A DNA stretch of 64,000 bases from Eledone cirrhosa (GCA_964016885.1 OZ024741.1:307644001-307708000); one strand, 5' to 3'. Counted from the first letter of the stretch, positions 28,400 through 44,039 are shown. Program-made: numbers and translations. Notes: generated by a model from the letters alone, not told the origin.

Positions 28400-29984
28400 C
28401 GGGGCAATCGGCATCCTATTACAGGAATACGAAACGTTGACAGGAGCAAGACTAAACCCAAACAAGTCTGTCGGTTTGCAACTCGGCACATGGAGGGGAA
28501 AACCCATGCCTTCCGACAGTGTTGTTGGACGCTGGACGGAAAGACCGGTGAAATTGCTCGGGGTCTGGTTTGGTCCAGACCTCCAGGTGGACAAGAACAG
28601 GAACGAGGTCACGGTGAAAGTGTTTGCACTCACCCAGAAATGGGCTGAGTGCAAACTCTCCTTGAATGGTCGAGCGGAGGTGGCGAACACTTAAATAACG
28701 TTCGTCATCTACTACCGCTTGACAGTCGTGCCTTGTCCCCGCGAATACCTCACCAAAACAGAACGCCTATTCTTCAAGTTCCTCTGGAAGAAACAGGCTC
28801 CATTGGTGAGGTGATCCATCTGCTGTCAAACCCTTCTAACGGAGGGCTGGGCATGCCTTGGCTGAAGATGCGCAAACGCGCGCTGAGGCTACGCCATCTG
28901 CAGGTATTCCTGACTGGTGAACCGGTGTGGCTGTCGTTTGTGAGACAAGCTCTTCCACAACTCGTCTCACTAACAGAGCTGCAGTCCTGGCTCAAGCGAA
29001 GACCGAAAATGGGTGCCTGGCACGTCGAGTGCCTTCAGGCGCACACAGCCAAGCGCAAACGGCAATCAGAGGAGACTTCACTTCGACATTCTATAGGGGA
29101 TTAGTGGAGGATAAGTGTGACGACGTTCTCGGGGAAATTCTTGGCATCGAGGAGGACGAACTGACCAGTCTGTTCGGGAGGACTTTCCATCCAGGGCCTA
29201 TGGATAACTTCCAGAGGTCTCTGGCCTGGCAGTGCTACCGAGGAGCTCTACCAGTTCGAGACAAAATCTACTGGCACGGACGCCCTGGCAGAGATCCTGC
29301 CAAAATGACCTGTCCAAGATGCGAGCAGAACATTGAAACTGTTCTGCACACAATTGTTCAGTGCCCAGGGGTGACCGACCTGTGGAATTATGTCGAACAG
29401 CTACTGTCACGTGTGGGAAGCATGCAGTTGTCAGCCGAGTCCATCGTGGGGATCAACACGCCGCCTTCATTTAAGAATGAAGGAGAGGCGGTCTTCCTCT
29501 GTCTGGGGGCTATGGGGAAAGAGTTAATATGATGGACGAGGTTAAAAGGACTAAGGGAAAACACCTTTCTCTCCGGAAGTCAACTCATCCTCTTCTTATA
29601 ATTACCACTTCAGAAGGAAGGTGAGAGTGGAGAGAGAGGTGCTACACCACAGTAAATTAGTTCAAAGGTGAGTGAATGTGGCGAAAATGGCCCGAGTGAA
29701 TGGGCCTTCTCTGTATATAAACCTCTAGGTTGAGGAAGATAAACAGAGGGAAGACGAGGACACCTACAAAACGTGTTCCTGGTGTTGAGGGTTGTTCTAT
29801 CCACGGGGTGTAAAACAACCCCCTCCCTATTGGGGATTTCAATTGCTATTTTATTATATATAGCTTATTGTTATTTATTAATGTTAAAGTTATTTTTATA
29901 TAAAACTCCAGCCGTCACGTCTTGTAATGTCCCATTTTGTACGCCCCTGTGGCAAATAAAGAAAGATATCTATCTATCCGTCTG

Positions 29985-30047
<63 letters not shown>

Positions 30048-30107
30048 GTATGTCTGTTTGTTTATCTATCTATCCGTCTGTCTGTCTATCTACCTATCTA
30101 TCTATCT
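28400..30107 (+). mobile_element. Tx1/L1-clade LINE copy 2, strongly 5'-truncated, (TCTA)n tail
   Basis: YETLTGARLN, KLLGVWFGPDL, CPRCEQNIETVLHTIVQC; AATAAA at ~29955 then (TCTA)n. Confidence 0.92.
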
Positions 30108-30541
30108 CGGATAGTGTTGATGTGTGCCACCTCGCTGGTAAGTTTTTTGTTAATTTTGTATGCAAAAAACAGGAACTTTTTGTTTCAAAATATATTGTTT
30201 CGTAGATTAACCCCCGGCTGAATTGTAAGCTGGGTGGTAATCTCAAAATGCAACTTACAAGATGGACCACACAGCTTGAAACAGACATCAGACAAAATGA
30301 AACAATTTACACAACTACAAGCTAAAAAAGTGACAACCACAACCACAACAACAACACCAAAAAAATAATATTTGCACAAACAGTTATAAACAGAATCTTG
30401 CTATCTCCAATGCTAGGCAAATACTTTCTGAAGCAAAATAATTTGTAATTGTCGAGGAAAAAGGTGGGTTTAAGATAAACTCAACCCCAGAAATTCGACT
30501 TGAAACACTTCGAAGGACGGTTACCTTCAGAACTGTTTCAA

Positions 30542-31915
30542 ATGAGACAAGAAAGCCGGCATTCCTCAGTCATGGGGAAATAGAAACAACGTTGAAGGAG
30601 GTTTTGCCGGATATAGACTTTATGCAGAGGGCCAGACAATATGGAAGCATTTCGGTGCTCATCAAAAGCGAGACCCTCGCACAGAAATATTCAGTAATGT
30701 CAATAAGTTCCACCTTTTCCCTACTTACCTGGGAAAAAGGACCCAAAAAATCAAAATTTCGAACATTACCGCCAAATATTAATATTTGGTGGATTTTGGC
30801 AGGATGTTTAGAGGAGGGAGAGGACACCATCCTCTCCATCAAAAATTCAACAAGACACTCGTGGTCTGGTACAAATTTGGAGATTCTGGTGCAAATGAGG
30901 CCGGAGAGAATCTCCAAAATACCTGAAAGAGTACTGGTGGATAATAACAGCCGCATAAACATTTCAACGGAAGCTGGGAGGCCACACTGCTTTCGATGTA
31001 ACAGTACATCACATTTAAAGGGCTCCTGCCCTTTACAGACAAACTTAAAAAAACAATTTAAAAAAATACTCTTACCAACACCAGCACCAAAACCACCACC
31101 ACCACAACAACAACAACAACATCACCACACAAAACAAGCAAACACACCTAAACAACCAGCGACTCAACCAACATCAAAAGAAAAAACAAAGACAACTCCC
31201 CTGAAGAAGACAGTCCCACCCCTTCCCACACCACCCAACACTGCTACAAACACACACACGAAAAGACCATCACCACACAATATACCCCTACCGCACGCTC
31301 CTGATGACGATTCATCGTCAGACGAGGCTACTTCTCCATCCCCAAGTGAAGATGAAGGAGAACCTCGGAAATAAAAAAAAAACAAAAAAAGAGACACCGC
31401 AAAGCCACAAAAACACCAATCACCAACACAAGCACCACCACAATCAACCAGCAAAACAAACACCAACACCACCCCAAACACAAATGCCTACCATAAAAAG
31501 AAAACTACAAAATGAACAACAAACCAAAAGAACACAAAAAAAACAAAAATACATATACATTAACACAAACAACAAAAACCTAACGGAGGTCATCTCCCAA
31601 GACCTTAAAGTAGAAACTGAGGGGAAAACTTTTGTCAAATCAGACTCTCAACCACACCTAAAACTGATTAGGGTTTCGATGGAATCCTACCAGAAATTAA
31701 AAGAACAATTTTCGCAAGACGTTGGCAACCCCTATCAAAAACCTATTAACCGCGTCCTATTAAAACGTTTCCCCACCCCACTCAACACCCCCACCAGCAC
31801 CCAAATGGAGATTGAAAAATCCGATCTCCAGGAAACGAAAAGTAAGTACATCTTTTCGTCCATTTTCGCCAAATCTTCTCCACCAACATGGCTAATTTAC
31901 GAGTTGGAAGTGTGA
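30542..31915 (+). pseudogene. Tx1 ORF1 (gag-like, zinc knuckle), frameshifted
   Basis: CFRCNSTSHLKGSCP, followed by a Pro/Thr/Lys-rich low-complexity region; broken near 31370. Confidence 0.75.
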
Positions 31916-34900
31916 ATGTGCATGGCCTAGGGATGCCCTGGAAACAGGACCAACATTTAAACGACCTTAGGTCACACGGTAAAGATGTGATAGCCATCAC
32001 CGAGTCCAGGATCCACAACAGACAGCAACTAACCCCCATCTTCAATGACTTTGAGATCTACGCATCTCTCTGTCAGCTATGAGGTGGAGGGGGAGTGGCT
32101 GTCATGTTTCGGAAAAACCTGGACCTCGAAATACAGCAAGTACACTTGGACCGTGAGGGTAGACTGGTAGTTCTAGACATGAACAGCGTTGGAGGTGGAG
32201 TCTTCAGACTGGTGGCCGTTTATGCCCCGACCGGGCAATCGCGGCCAGACTTCTTTAAGCGTCTAGAGTCTTTTCTGGGAACGTCTCGCTCCTTGCTTCT
32301 AGTGGGGGACTGGAATGGTATCATAGACGCACGATGGGACTATGTAGGAACATGTCCCAGAAGAGGGGGCTGCAACAGCCTCAACAATTTAATCAGCCAA
32401 TTCCAACTGGCTGATAGGTATCGACTAGATTTCCTGACTGCACCACAGTAGACGTGGACAAACCGCAGCGGAATATCTAGATCGTATTTAGATAGGTTCT
32501 TTATTAGAAAGATAGAGACAAGAAGATGTTAAGCTGTCCCCAAATGTACATGGTTGCCTATTCAGACCACAAACTAGTCATCTGTATAGTCAACCATGGT
32601 AGAACACATAGACAAGGACCCGGATACTGGAAGCTGAACATGTCGTTACCGACCCGTAAAGCCTACAGTGAACAGATAAGTAGATTAGTGAAGCAACAGT
32701 TGACGGGAGCTAACGTCAACAACAGATGGTGGTACTCTCTCAAGAGAGCAATTAGAGTAGAGTCGATAGCTTTTAGCAAAGAACTAGCCTTAGAGAAAAA
32801 CAAAACAGAAACAGAACTAGTAGCCAGGGTAGAGGAGGCACTTAGGAGTGGCAACGCAGCTAGAGTGCTAGCAACGAGAACGGCACTAGACCAGTTCTTC
32901 GATGCGAAACACGAAGGCAGTGTTTTCAGAAGTAGATCACGTGCTCTAGGAAACGAGGGAGCAAAAGCTGTTAGCTGGGCCCGAGTGGTAGAAGCGAAAA
33001 GTGGCAACAAGTCCAGGATTCGGTCTTTGAAAGACCAAAGCGGACGCGTGCCACTTGACTCCAAGCGGATGTGCACGGCCTTTCAGCGGCACTTTGCGCA
33101 ACTGTTCGAGCAGAGCGGCGGTGCGCCGAACGGGACAATTGACTTCGGTTCATACCTCGACGGCCTGCCGCGTCTCTCGAGCATGGATGCCGAGTTCTGC
33201 GAAAGACCGATCACAGCCACTGAGATACGGGACGCTCTGGGCCGCTGCGGGAAACGCAAGTCACCCAGTCTAGATGGTCTACCCTATGAGTTTTACATAG
33301 GCATGCCGGACTTGTTCTCTGGCGTCCTCGAAACCGTCTACTGCAACTGGCAGCAGAACGGGAGAATTCCCAGTTCTGCAGGCAGGGGCGTAGTAACGCT
33401 GATCAGGAAAGACGAGAACAAGAGGGACGAACTAAGCAACTTTAGGCCCATAATTCTCCTAAACACAGAGTTAAAGATTTTGGCCATGGTATTAGCAACG
33501 AGGCTGGCGCTTGTCGTCGAGAACCTGGTGGGAAAAGCTCAATGTGTGTAATTCCAACCAGGTCCATACATGACAACCTCCACCTCATGCGATATATCAT
33601 AGAGAGGGTGGGGTGTAAACCCGGCTTCGGTGGGGCTCTGATCAATTTAGATCAGTCTAAGGCGTTCGATAAGGTGGATCATCGATACTTGGAAGCGGTT
33701 CTCAAGGCAGCCGGTTTCGGACCCGTCTTCAGAGGCTGGAACAAAGCAATGCACACCAACATCTGTACGACGACCAAGGTGAACGGCTACCTATCGGAGC
33801 CGTTTGCAATCACGCGTTCCATCCGACAGGGATGCCCTCTCTCCTCTATTCTGTACGTACTGAATCTTGAGCCACTACTGCGGAAGTTGGAGCTGCTGAA
33901 GCTATCTCGTTGGAACCGGGACTGCGGAAAGCGGTGTCGGCTTATGCCGACGACTTTACAGTAATGTTGCCGAAAACCTCAAAAATCGGGGTGATCGGTA
34001 ACTCACTGCATGAATACGAAAGGCTCACAGGAGCAAAACTGAACCCGGACAAGTCTGTCGGTTTGCAACTCGGAACGTGGGGAGGCAAACCAATGCCGTC
34101 CGACAGCGTCGTCGGATGCTGGACGGAAGGACCGGTGAAATTGCTCGGGGTCTGGTTCGATCCGAACCTCCAGGTGGAGAAAAACTGGAATGAGGTCACG
34201 GCCAAGGTATTTGCGCTCACCCAGAAGTGGCCAGAGTGCAAACTCTCCTTGAAAAGTCGAGCGGAGGTGGCGAACACTTTCATAGTGTCCGTCATCTACT
34301 ACCGCTTGACCGGCGTGCCTTGTCCCCGTGAACACCTCACCAAGATGGAACGCATGCTCTTCCAGTTCCTTTCGAAGAAGCAGGCTCCACTGGTAAGGAG
34401 ATCAGTCTGCTGTCAGCACCCTTCTAACGGAACGCTGGGCATGCCGTCGCTGATGATGCGCAAACACGCGCTAAGGCAAATGGCATCTCCAGGTATTCCT
34501 CACCGAACAACCGGTGTGGGCCCCGTTTGTGAGACAGGTCTTCCCGCAACTCGTCTCGCTAACAGAACTGCAGTCTTGGGTCAAGCGGAGACCGAAGAAA
34601 ATGGGCGCCTGGCACATTGAATGCGCTCAGGCGCTCACAGTCCTCTGGCAAGCGGGCACAGCAATCAGTGGAGACTCCACTTCGACATTCTATAAAGGAT
34701 TAGAACGTCACAAGTGCGACGACGTGCTTGAAGAAACTTTGGGCGTCGAAGACGACGAGCTCAACAGTCTGTTCGGTAGGACTTTCCGCCCGGGACCTAT
34801 GGACAACTTACAGAGGTCCCTGGCTTGGTAGTTCTACCGAGGAGGTCTACCAGTTCGATATAATATCTACAGGCACGGACGCCCCGTCAGAGATCCTCCA

Positions 34901-35325
34901 AGAGGACGTGTCCAAGATGCGAGCAGAACATTGAAACCGTCCTGCACGCAATTGTACACTGCCCGGGCGTAACTGACCTGTCGAACTACGCAGAACAACT
35001 GCTGTCGCGTATGGGACAAATCCAGTTGACTGCCGAGTCCATAGTAAGGATCAAACCGCCAACTTCTTTCGAAAATGAAAGAGAGGCGGTTTTCCTCTGT
35101 ATAGTGGCTATGGGGAAAGAGGTTATATGGTGGCCGAGATTGAGAGGACTGAGGACAGATGCCTTTCTCTCCGGACAACATCTCATTCCCTTCTTTAGGT
35201 ACCACTTTAGAAGGAGAATCAGAGTGGAGAGAGAGGCACTGCGCCCCAGTAAATTTACTGAAAGGTGGGTGAATGTAGCAAAAATGGCCCGAGTAATTAG
35301 GTCTTCTCTGTATATAAACCTGTAG
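31888..35325 (+). pseudogene. Tx1 ORF2 (APE endonuclease + RT), several stops and frameshifts
   Basis: SVNVHGL, ITES, VYAP, VGDWN, SYLDRF, SDH, GYWKLN, LDQSKAFD, RQGCPLS, YADD. Confidence 0.92.
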
Positions 35326-35637
35326 GTTGAAGAAGAGAGCAAAAGGAAGAAAGGAGCACTTGCACAACACGCTCCTGGAGTTGAGGGTTGTTCTATTGAC
35401 GGGATATTAAACAACCCATTTGTAACGCCTCTCTCCTATTGGGGATTTCGATTGTTAAATTTGTTTGTTTTAATAATATTTTTACACGACTGTATGTAAA
35501 ATCACCGGCATGTGTCTTTGTATTGTTCCCTTTTCTTGTGCACCCTTGTGGCAAATAAAGAAATATATCTATCTTTCTATCTATCTGTCCTATCTATCTA
35601 TCTATCTATCTATCTATCTGTCTATCCTATCCTATCA

Positions 35638-35695
<58 letters not shown>

Positions 35696-35929
35696 CCTCT
35701 CTATCTATCTATATATCGATCTATCTATTCTGTCTATTTATATCTACCCTCTTCTCCCCCCCCCCCAATAATTTCAATGGTTTACATTTTTTAACACCAT
35801 ATCTTACTTTCTTGATTTTTTCTTTCCTTTTTTCTTTTTTCTTTTTTTCTTTTATTTCAATCTCACGAAACTTTCGTTGCTATCACACGCACAATACCTT
35901 ATCCTAGTTGTCACATAACAGTCTATATA

Positions 35930-36105
35930 TACATCGGTAGAGGGTCGGACGCCATGCTTTGAAGCATAGAGTTACCTCCCTTTATGATCTGAGTTCAAAT
36001 CCCGCCGAGGTTACCTTTGCCTTTCATCCTTACGGGGTCGATAAAATAAAGTATCAGTAAGGCACTGGGATAATTGCTGGCCTTGTGCCAAACGTAGAAA
36101 CAATT
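35930..36105 (+). mobile_element. SINE family A
   Basis: GAGTTCAAATCCCGCCGAGG...GGGGTCGATAAAATAAAG...GGCCTTGTGCC. Confidence 0.85.
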
Positions 36106-38049
36106 GTTATACGTTATTGTTTCGTCTTGTCTGTTACTTCACAAACAGCCTTTTGGCTTGTGTCAGACGCTGTGACCCCGTGTGAACCAACAGTACCTTC
36201 GGCAGGAGCCGAGCCTTCCAGAAGTCCATCTCAACGACGAAAGTCATTCGAGTTCTGTGCTTTTCGTTTGTATTTTTATTTTCAAAAACATTTTTTTTCA
36301 TATTGCCCTGCTTTCGTCCGTTGTTTTTCTTCGATAAACTTCCTAAGTATATATATATATACACACACACATATATATGTGTGTGTGTGTGTGTGTGTGC
36401 GTGCGTGTGTGAGTCCGTCTGTCTGCCTGTCTGTCAATATCTTTCTCTCTCAATCTCTCTCTCTTTCTGTATATATATATATATATATATATTGAGTTCT
36501 GCCGTCGGGATCATACTTTCTCCTATTCCCCACTCTACTACCATAAGTATTGAGTACTCTGGTGCGTTATGGTCCATCTGGTTCCTTACCACAACTCCTC
36601 CGTTATATATATATATTTACATATATATATATATATATGTATACAGAAACCTTAATATAACTATATGTGACACAAATGAATGTAAAAAGTAATGAAGTCG
36701 CTAAAATATTCGATTTGTATATAATGGTACTTGTAAGGACAAACATTGGTCGACCATAAAACAGGATACTAGAAGACTGCACACAAAAGCAGACGATGCA
36801 TATCTGGCTTTGTGTTGCTATTGTTTAGCACAGGTTTATCCGTAAAGGATCGGACCTATGATCAAAAGGTATGGCAGCTTTGACCATTCCAGCGTTTTGT
36901 ATATCTAATACTAGAGATGTACTTCATTTATGAAAACGACAGCCTATGATTTGGGACTGATGTAGCATGTATTTCTAGCAAATAGAACGATCTCGAATAA
37001 GCTCCTTGATTAGTTCACAACCTGACTTATAGATAACATACGAGAGGAGGAATATAAAACATTAGATAAGTAAGCAGAAGGCAAATGGAGAGGAAACTGA
37101 AGTCTAGGGAACCATATACTGTAAGTCATATCGAACTGGCAGGACCATGGGGGCATCAGATTAACTGCCTTGCTATATTTTTTCTAGATCTGAGTTCAAG
37201 TTGCTTTGAGGTGAGCACTGATTTTATATCCTTTCCAGGTTGGGTCTCCAACACCACCGCAGCTGCTCCTACAACCAATGCCGCCACCACTGTCAAATTG
37301 GTCTCTTCAGCCGCTGCCTAGTCCCCCCCCCCCCCCACACACAACCACAACTCCACCACCACCACCAACAACAACAATACCTACACCACCACTACCGCTG
37401 GTCAGCAACTCAAGCAAACCAACATCACCAATACCACCATCATCACTATCACCACAACCGCCGCCTCCACAGCTGCCGACACCACCAACACTAACACCAT
37501 CACCACCACTGTAGAGGTGAAACTTTGAGACAAAAAATAGTCAACGACTTAACAGTCAGGCAATCTGGAATGAACCGCCGTCACTTTCGACGAGGAGTGA
37601 TCTAATTGTTCGATGAATGAAACTACCTGCTCCTGAAATTAGCATGTATGTAGTTGAGCATTCTACAGACACGTGAACCATGAATGTAGTCCTCAGGGAG
37701 ATTCAGCGTCACACAGTATGTGACACAGTGTGTGAATCGACTGGCTTTTCGAATTATAGTTACAGTTCATCTAACGGGCATCTAAACAGTTTCTGCCTAC
37801 CCAGTTTCACTCACAAGGCATGGATCGACCCGAGGTTGTGGTAAATGACATATGCCAAAGATGCCATGGTGTGGAATCGAAAGCGGGATCTAATAATTGC
37901 GAAACAAACTTCTTAACCATTCGACCATGCTGCATCAGCCGTCTGCACCAGCCACATAGACAGCCATCTCCTCCTCCCCTGACTTACCGTCAAATAATCA
38001 ATACCGACATTGACACGAGCTACGTACTCCGCCCCTTTATAATCAGTTG

Positions 38050-38610
38050 TACCATCACTACTACCTTCACCATATCCAACACCGTAATCACACGACCACC
38101 ACGACATCTCCACTACTACCACCACCATATCCAACATCGTCACCACACCACCACCACTACATCTCCACTACTACCTTCAGATAATCCAACACCGTAATCA
38201 CACGACCACCACGACATCTCCACTACTACCACCACCATATCCAACACCGTCACCACACCACCACCACTACATCTCCACTACTACCTTCACCATATCCAAC
38301 ACCGTAATCACACGACCACCACTACATCTCCACTACTACCACCACCATATCCAACACCGTCACCACACCACCACCACTACATCTCCACTACTACCACCAC
38401 CATATCCAACACCGTCACCACACCACACCACCACATCTCCACTACTACCACTACCATATCCAACACCGTCACCACACCACCACCATTATATCCCCACTAT
38501 AAACACCACCATATCCACCACCACCATCACCACACCACCACCACTAACCTCCACTACTAACACCACCACCACCACATCCACTCTACTACCACCATCATAT
38601 TCAACACCAT
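38050..38610. repeat. 55-bp minisatellite (~9-10 copies, partly alternating variants)
   Basis: Unit CCATATCCAACACCGTCACCACACCACCACCACTACATCTCCACTACTACCACCA. Confidence 0.9.
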
Positions 38611-38671
38611 CGCCACACGACTACCACAACACCCCCCTCCTTCCATTGTCACAACAAACATTACCATCATT

Positions 38672-41600
38672 ATTAACATCACCATCGCACCACAACCAAT
38701 ACCACTACTAACATCACCATCGCACCACAACCAATACCACTACTAACATCACCATCGCACCACAACCATACCACTGCTAACATCACCATCGCACCACAAC
38801 CAATACCACTACTCACATCACCATCGCACCACAACCATACCACTACTAACATCATCATCGCACTACAACCAATACCACTACTAACATCATCATCGCACTA
38901 CAACCAATACCACTACTAACATCACCATCGTACTACAACCAATACCACTACTAATATCACCATCGCACTACAACCAATACCACTACTAACATCACCATCG
39001 TACTACAACCAATACCACTACTAACATCATCATCGCACCACAACCAATACCACTACTAACATCATCATCGCACTACAACCAATACCACTACTAACATCAC
39101 CATCGTACTACAACCAATACCACTACTAACATCATCATCGCACTACAACCAATACCACTACTAACATCACCATCGTACTACAACCAATACCACTACTAAC
39201 ATCATCATCGCACCACAACCAATACCACTACTAACATCACCATCGTACTACAACCAATACCACTACTAACATCACCATCGCACTACAACCAATACCACTA
39301 CTAACATCACAATCGCACCCCAACCAATACCACTACTAACGATCACAATCGCACCACAACCAATACCACTACTAACAATCACCATCGCACTACAACCAAT
39401 ACCACTACTAACATCACCATCGCACTACAACCAATACCACTACTAACATCACAATCGCACCCCAACCAATACCACTACTAACGATCACAATCGCACCACA
39501 ACCAATAGCCACTACTAACAATCACCATCGCACTACAACCAATACCACTACTAACATCGCCATCGCGCTACAACCAATACCACTACTAACAATCACCATC
39601 GCACTACAACCAATACCACTACTAACATCACCATCGCACTACAACCAATACCACTACTAACATCACCTTCGCACTACAACCAATACCACTACTAACAATC
39701 ACCATCGCACTACAACCAATACCACTACTAACATCACCATCGCACTACAACCAATACCACTACTAACAATCACAATCGCACCACAACCAATACCACTACT
39801 AACAATCACCATCGTACTACAACCAATACCACTACTAACAATCACCATCGCACCACAACCAATACCACTACTAACATCACCTTCGCACTACAACCAATAC
39901 CACTACTAACAATCACCATCGTACTACAACCAATACCACTACTAACAATCACTATCGCACTACAACCAATACCACTACTAATATCACCATCGCACTACAA
40001 CCAATACCACTACTAATATCACCATCGCACTACAACCAATACCACTACTAACATCACCATCGCACCACAACCAATACCACTACTAACATCATCATCGCAC
40101 CACAACCAATACCACTACTAACATCACCATCGCACGACAACCAATACCACTACTAACATCACCATCGCACCACAACCAATACCACTACTCACATCACCAT
40201 CGCACCACAACCAATACCACTACTAACATCACCATCGCACTACAACCAATACCACTACTAACATCACCATCGCACTACAACCAATACCACTACTAACATC
40301 ACCATCGCACCACAACCATACCACTACTAACATCACCATCGCACTACAACCAATACCACTACTAACATCACCATCGCACTACAACCAATACCACTACTAA
40401 CATCACCATCGCACTACAACCAATACCACTACTAACATCACCATCGCACTACAACCAATACCACTACTAACATCACCATCGCACTACAACCAATACCACT
40501 ACTAACATCACCATCGCACTACAACCAATACCACTACTAACATCACCATCGCACCACAACCAATACCACTACTAACATCACCATCGCACTACAACCAATA
40601 CCACTACTAACATCACCATCGCACTACAACCAATGCCACTACTAACATAATCGCACTACAACCAATACCACTACTAACATCACCATCGCACTACAACCAA
40701 TACCACTACTAACATCACCATCGCACCACAACCAATACCACTACTAACATCACCATCGCACTACAACCAATACCACTACTAACATCACCATCGCACTACA
40801 ACCAATGCCACTACTAACATAATCGCACTACAACCAATACCACTACTAACATCACCATCGCACTACAAACAATACCACTACTGACATCACCATCGCACCA
40901 CAACCAATACCACTACTAACATCACCATCGCACTACAACCAATACCACTACTAACATCACCATCGCACTACAACCAATACCACTACTAACATCACCATCG
41001 CACCACAACCAATACCACTACTAACATCACCATCGCACTACAACCAATACCACTACTAACATCACCATCGCACTACAACCAATACCATTACTAACAATCA
41101 CCATCGTACTACAACCAATACCACTAATAACAATCACCATCGCACTACAACCAATACCAATACTAACAATAACCATCGCACGACAACCAATACCACTACT
41201 AACAATCACCATCGCACTACAACGAATACCACTACTAACATCACCATCGCACTACAACCAATACCACTACTAACAATCACCATCGCACCACAACCAATAC
41301 CACTACTAACAATCACCATCGCACTACAACCAATACCACTACTAACAATCACCATCGTACTACAACCAATACCACTACTAACAATCACCATCGTACTACA
41401 ACCAATACCACTACTAACAATCACCATCGTACTACAACCAATACCACTACTAACAATCACCATCGTACTACAACCAATACCACTACTAACAATCACCATC
41501 GTACTACAACCAATACCACTACTAACAATCACCATCGTACTACAACCAATACCACTACTAACATCACCAACGCACCACAACCAATAGCACTACTAACAAT

Positions 41601-43445
41601 CACCATCGTACTACAACCAATACCACTACTAACAATCACCATCGTACTACAACCAATACCACTACTAACATCACCAACGCACCACAACCAATACCACTAC
41701 TAACAATCACCATCGTACTACAACCAATACCACTACTAACAATCACCATCGTACTACAACCAATACCACTACTAACATCACCAACGCACCACAACCAATA
41801 CCACTACTAACAATCACCATCGTACTACAACCAATACCACTACTAACAATCACCATCGTACTACAACCAATACCACTACTAACATCACCATCGCACCACA
41901 ACCAATACCACTACTAACAATCACCATCGTACTACAACCAATACCACTACTAACAATCACCATCGTACTACAACCAATACCACTACTAACAATCACCATC
42001 GTACTACAACCAATACCACTACTAACAATCACCATCGTACTACAACCAATACCACTACTAACAATCACCATCGCACTACAACCAATACCACTACTAACAT
42101 CACCATCGTACTACAACCAATACCACTACTAACATCACCATCGCACCACAACCAATACCACTACTAACAATCACCATCGTACTACAACCAATACCACTAC
42201 TAACAATCACCATCGTACTACAACCAATACCACTACTAACAATCACCATCGCACTACAACCAATACCACTACTAACATCACCATCGTACTACAACCAATA
42301 CCACTACTAACATCACCATCGTACTACAACCAATACCACTACTAACAATCACCATCGTACTACAACCAATACCACTACTAACATCATCAACGCACCACAA
42401 CCAATACCACTACTAACAATCACCATCGTACTACAACCAATACCACTACTAACAATCACCATCGTACTACAACCAATACCACTACTAACAATCACCATCG
42501 TACTACAACCAATACCACTACTAACAATCACCATCGTACTACAACCAATACCACTACTAACAATCACCATATTCCCCACTACAACCAATACCACTACTAA
42601 CATAATCGCACTACAACCAATACCACTACTAACAATCACCATCGCACTACAACCAATACCACTACTAACAATCACCATCGCACCACAACCAATACCACTA
42701 CTAACAATCACCATCGCACCACAACCAATACCACTACTAACAATCACCATCGTACTACAACCAATACCACTACTAACAATCACCATCGTACTACAACCAA
42801 TACCACTACTAACAATCACCATCGCACTACAACCAATACCACTACTAACAATCACCATCGCACCACAACCAATACCACTACTAACAATCACCATCGCACC
42901 ACAACCAATACCACTACTAACAATCACCATCGCACCACAACCAATACCACAACTAACAATCACCATCGCACCACAACCAATACCACTACTAACAATCACC
43001 ATCGTACTACAACCAATACCACTACTAACAATCACCATCGCACCACAACCAATACCACTACTAACAATCACCATCGCACCACAACCAATACCACTACTAA
43101 CAATCACCATCGCACCACAACCAATACCACTACTAACAATCACCATCGTACTACAACCAATACCACTACTAACAATCACCATCGTACTACAACCAATACC
43201 ACTACTAACAATCACCATCGTACTACAACCAATACCACTACTAACAATCACCATCGCACCACAACCAATACCACTACTAACAATCACCATCGCACTACAA
43301 CCAATACCACTACTAACATCACCATCGTACTACAACCAATACCACTACTAACAATCACCATCGTACTACAACCAATACCACTACTAACAATCACCATCGT
43401 ACTACAACCAATACCACTACTAACAATCACCATATTCCCCACTAT
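38672..43445. repeat. 35/36-bp tandem satellite, ~4.8 kb (~135 copies)
   Basis: Unit AAC(A)ATCACCATCG(C/T)AC(T/C)ACAACCAATACCACTACT. Confidence 0.97.
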
Positions 43446-43614
43446 CACATAACTGGCACCATCATCACCTCAACCATCAATACTCCCATACTGACACCAT
43501 CCATCGCTTCCTCACCATCCTCATCATCATCATCGTTGTCGTCATTGTCGTCGACGTAGTCGTCGTCATGGTCACTGCCGTCGCCGTCGTCGTCGTCATC
43601 ATCGTCATCATTAT

Positions 43615-43646
<32 letters not shown>

Positions 43647-44039
43647 TCATCACCACCATCATCATCATTTTCAACTTCAAACAGCGTCATCCACCTCGAA
43701 ACTTTGTTCCAACACACTGTGGCATCATAGACAGTGTGGACTGTAGGCGGCAGTGGTGATTGTAGTGATGGTGGTGGTGATGGTGATGATGTTGTTAGTG
43801 ATATTGGTGCTGGTAGTGCTGATGTTGGTTGTGGCGTCGGTGGTGATGGCGATGGCGGCGTTGGTGCTACTCGTTACCCCCCCCCCCCCCCCCAAAAAAA
43901 AAGTGAAACAAAAAACACAAAAAAATAAGAACAACAACATCAATGAAAAGAAGAACAACAATAACTTAGGTCAGTCAACTCGATCAGGGTTGACTGGCGC
44001 TACTCAACCACAACAACTAAAAGAAACTAATAAATACTC

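Larger units (their letters stand above)
30108..35740 (+). mobile_element. Tx1/L1-clade LINE copy 3, apparently full length (5'UTR, ORF1, ORF2), inactivated
   Basis: ORF1 with CCHC knuckle, ORF2 with APE+RT+CCHC, AATAAA at ~35554 and a (TCTA)n tail. Confidence 0.92.

Noticed and set aside
38672-43445. CRISPR-like array or repeat protein (MVIVSSGIGCST)n
   Set aside because: Units are contiguous with no unique spacers, there are no cas genes, and 35-bp units break the frame.
43500-43750. Arg/His-rich protamine-like or acidic ORFs
   Set aside because: Translations of (CAT)/(CGT) trinucleotide runs; no start or splice support.
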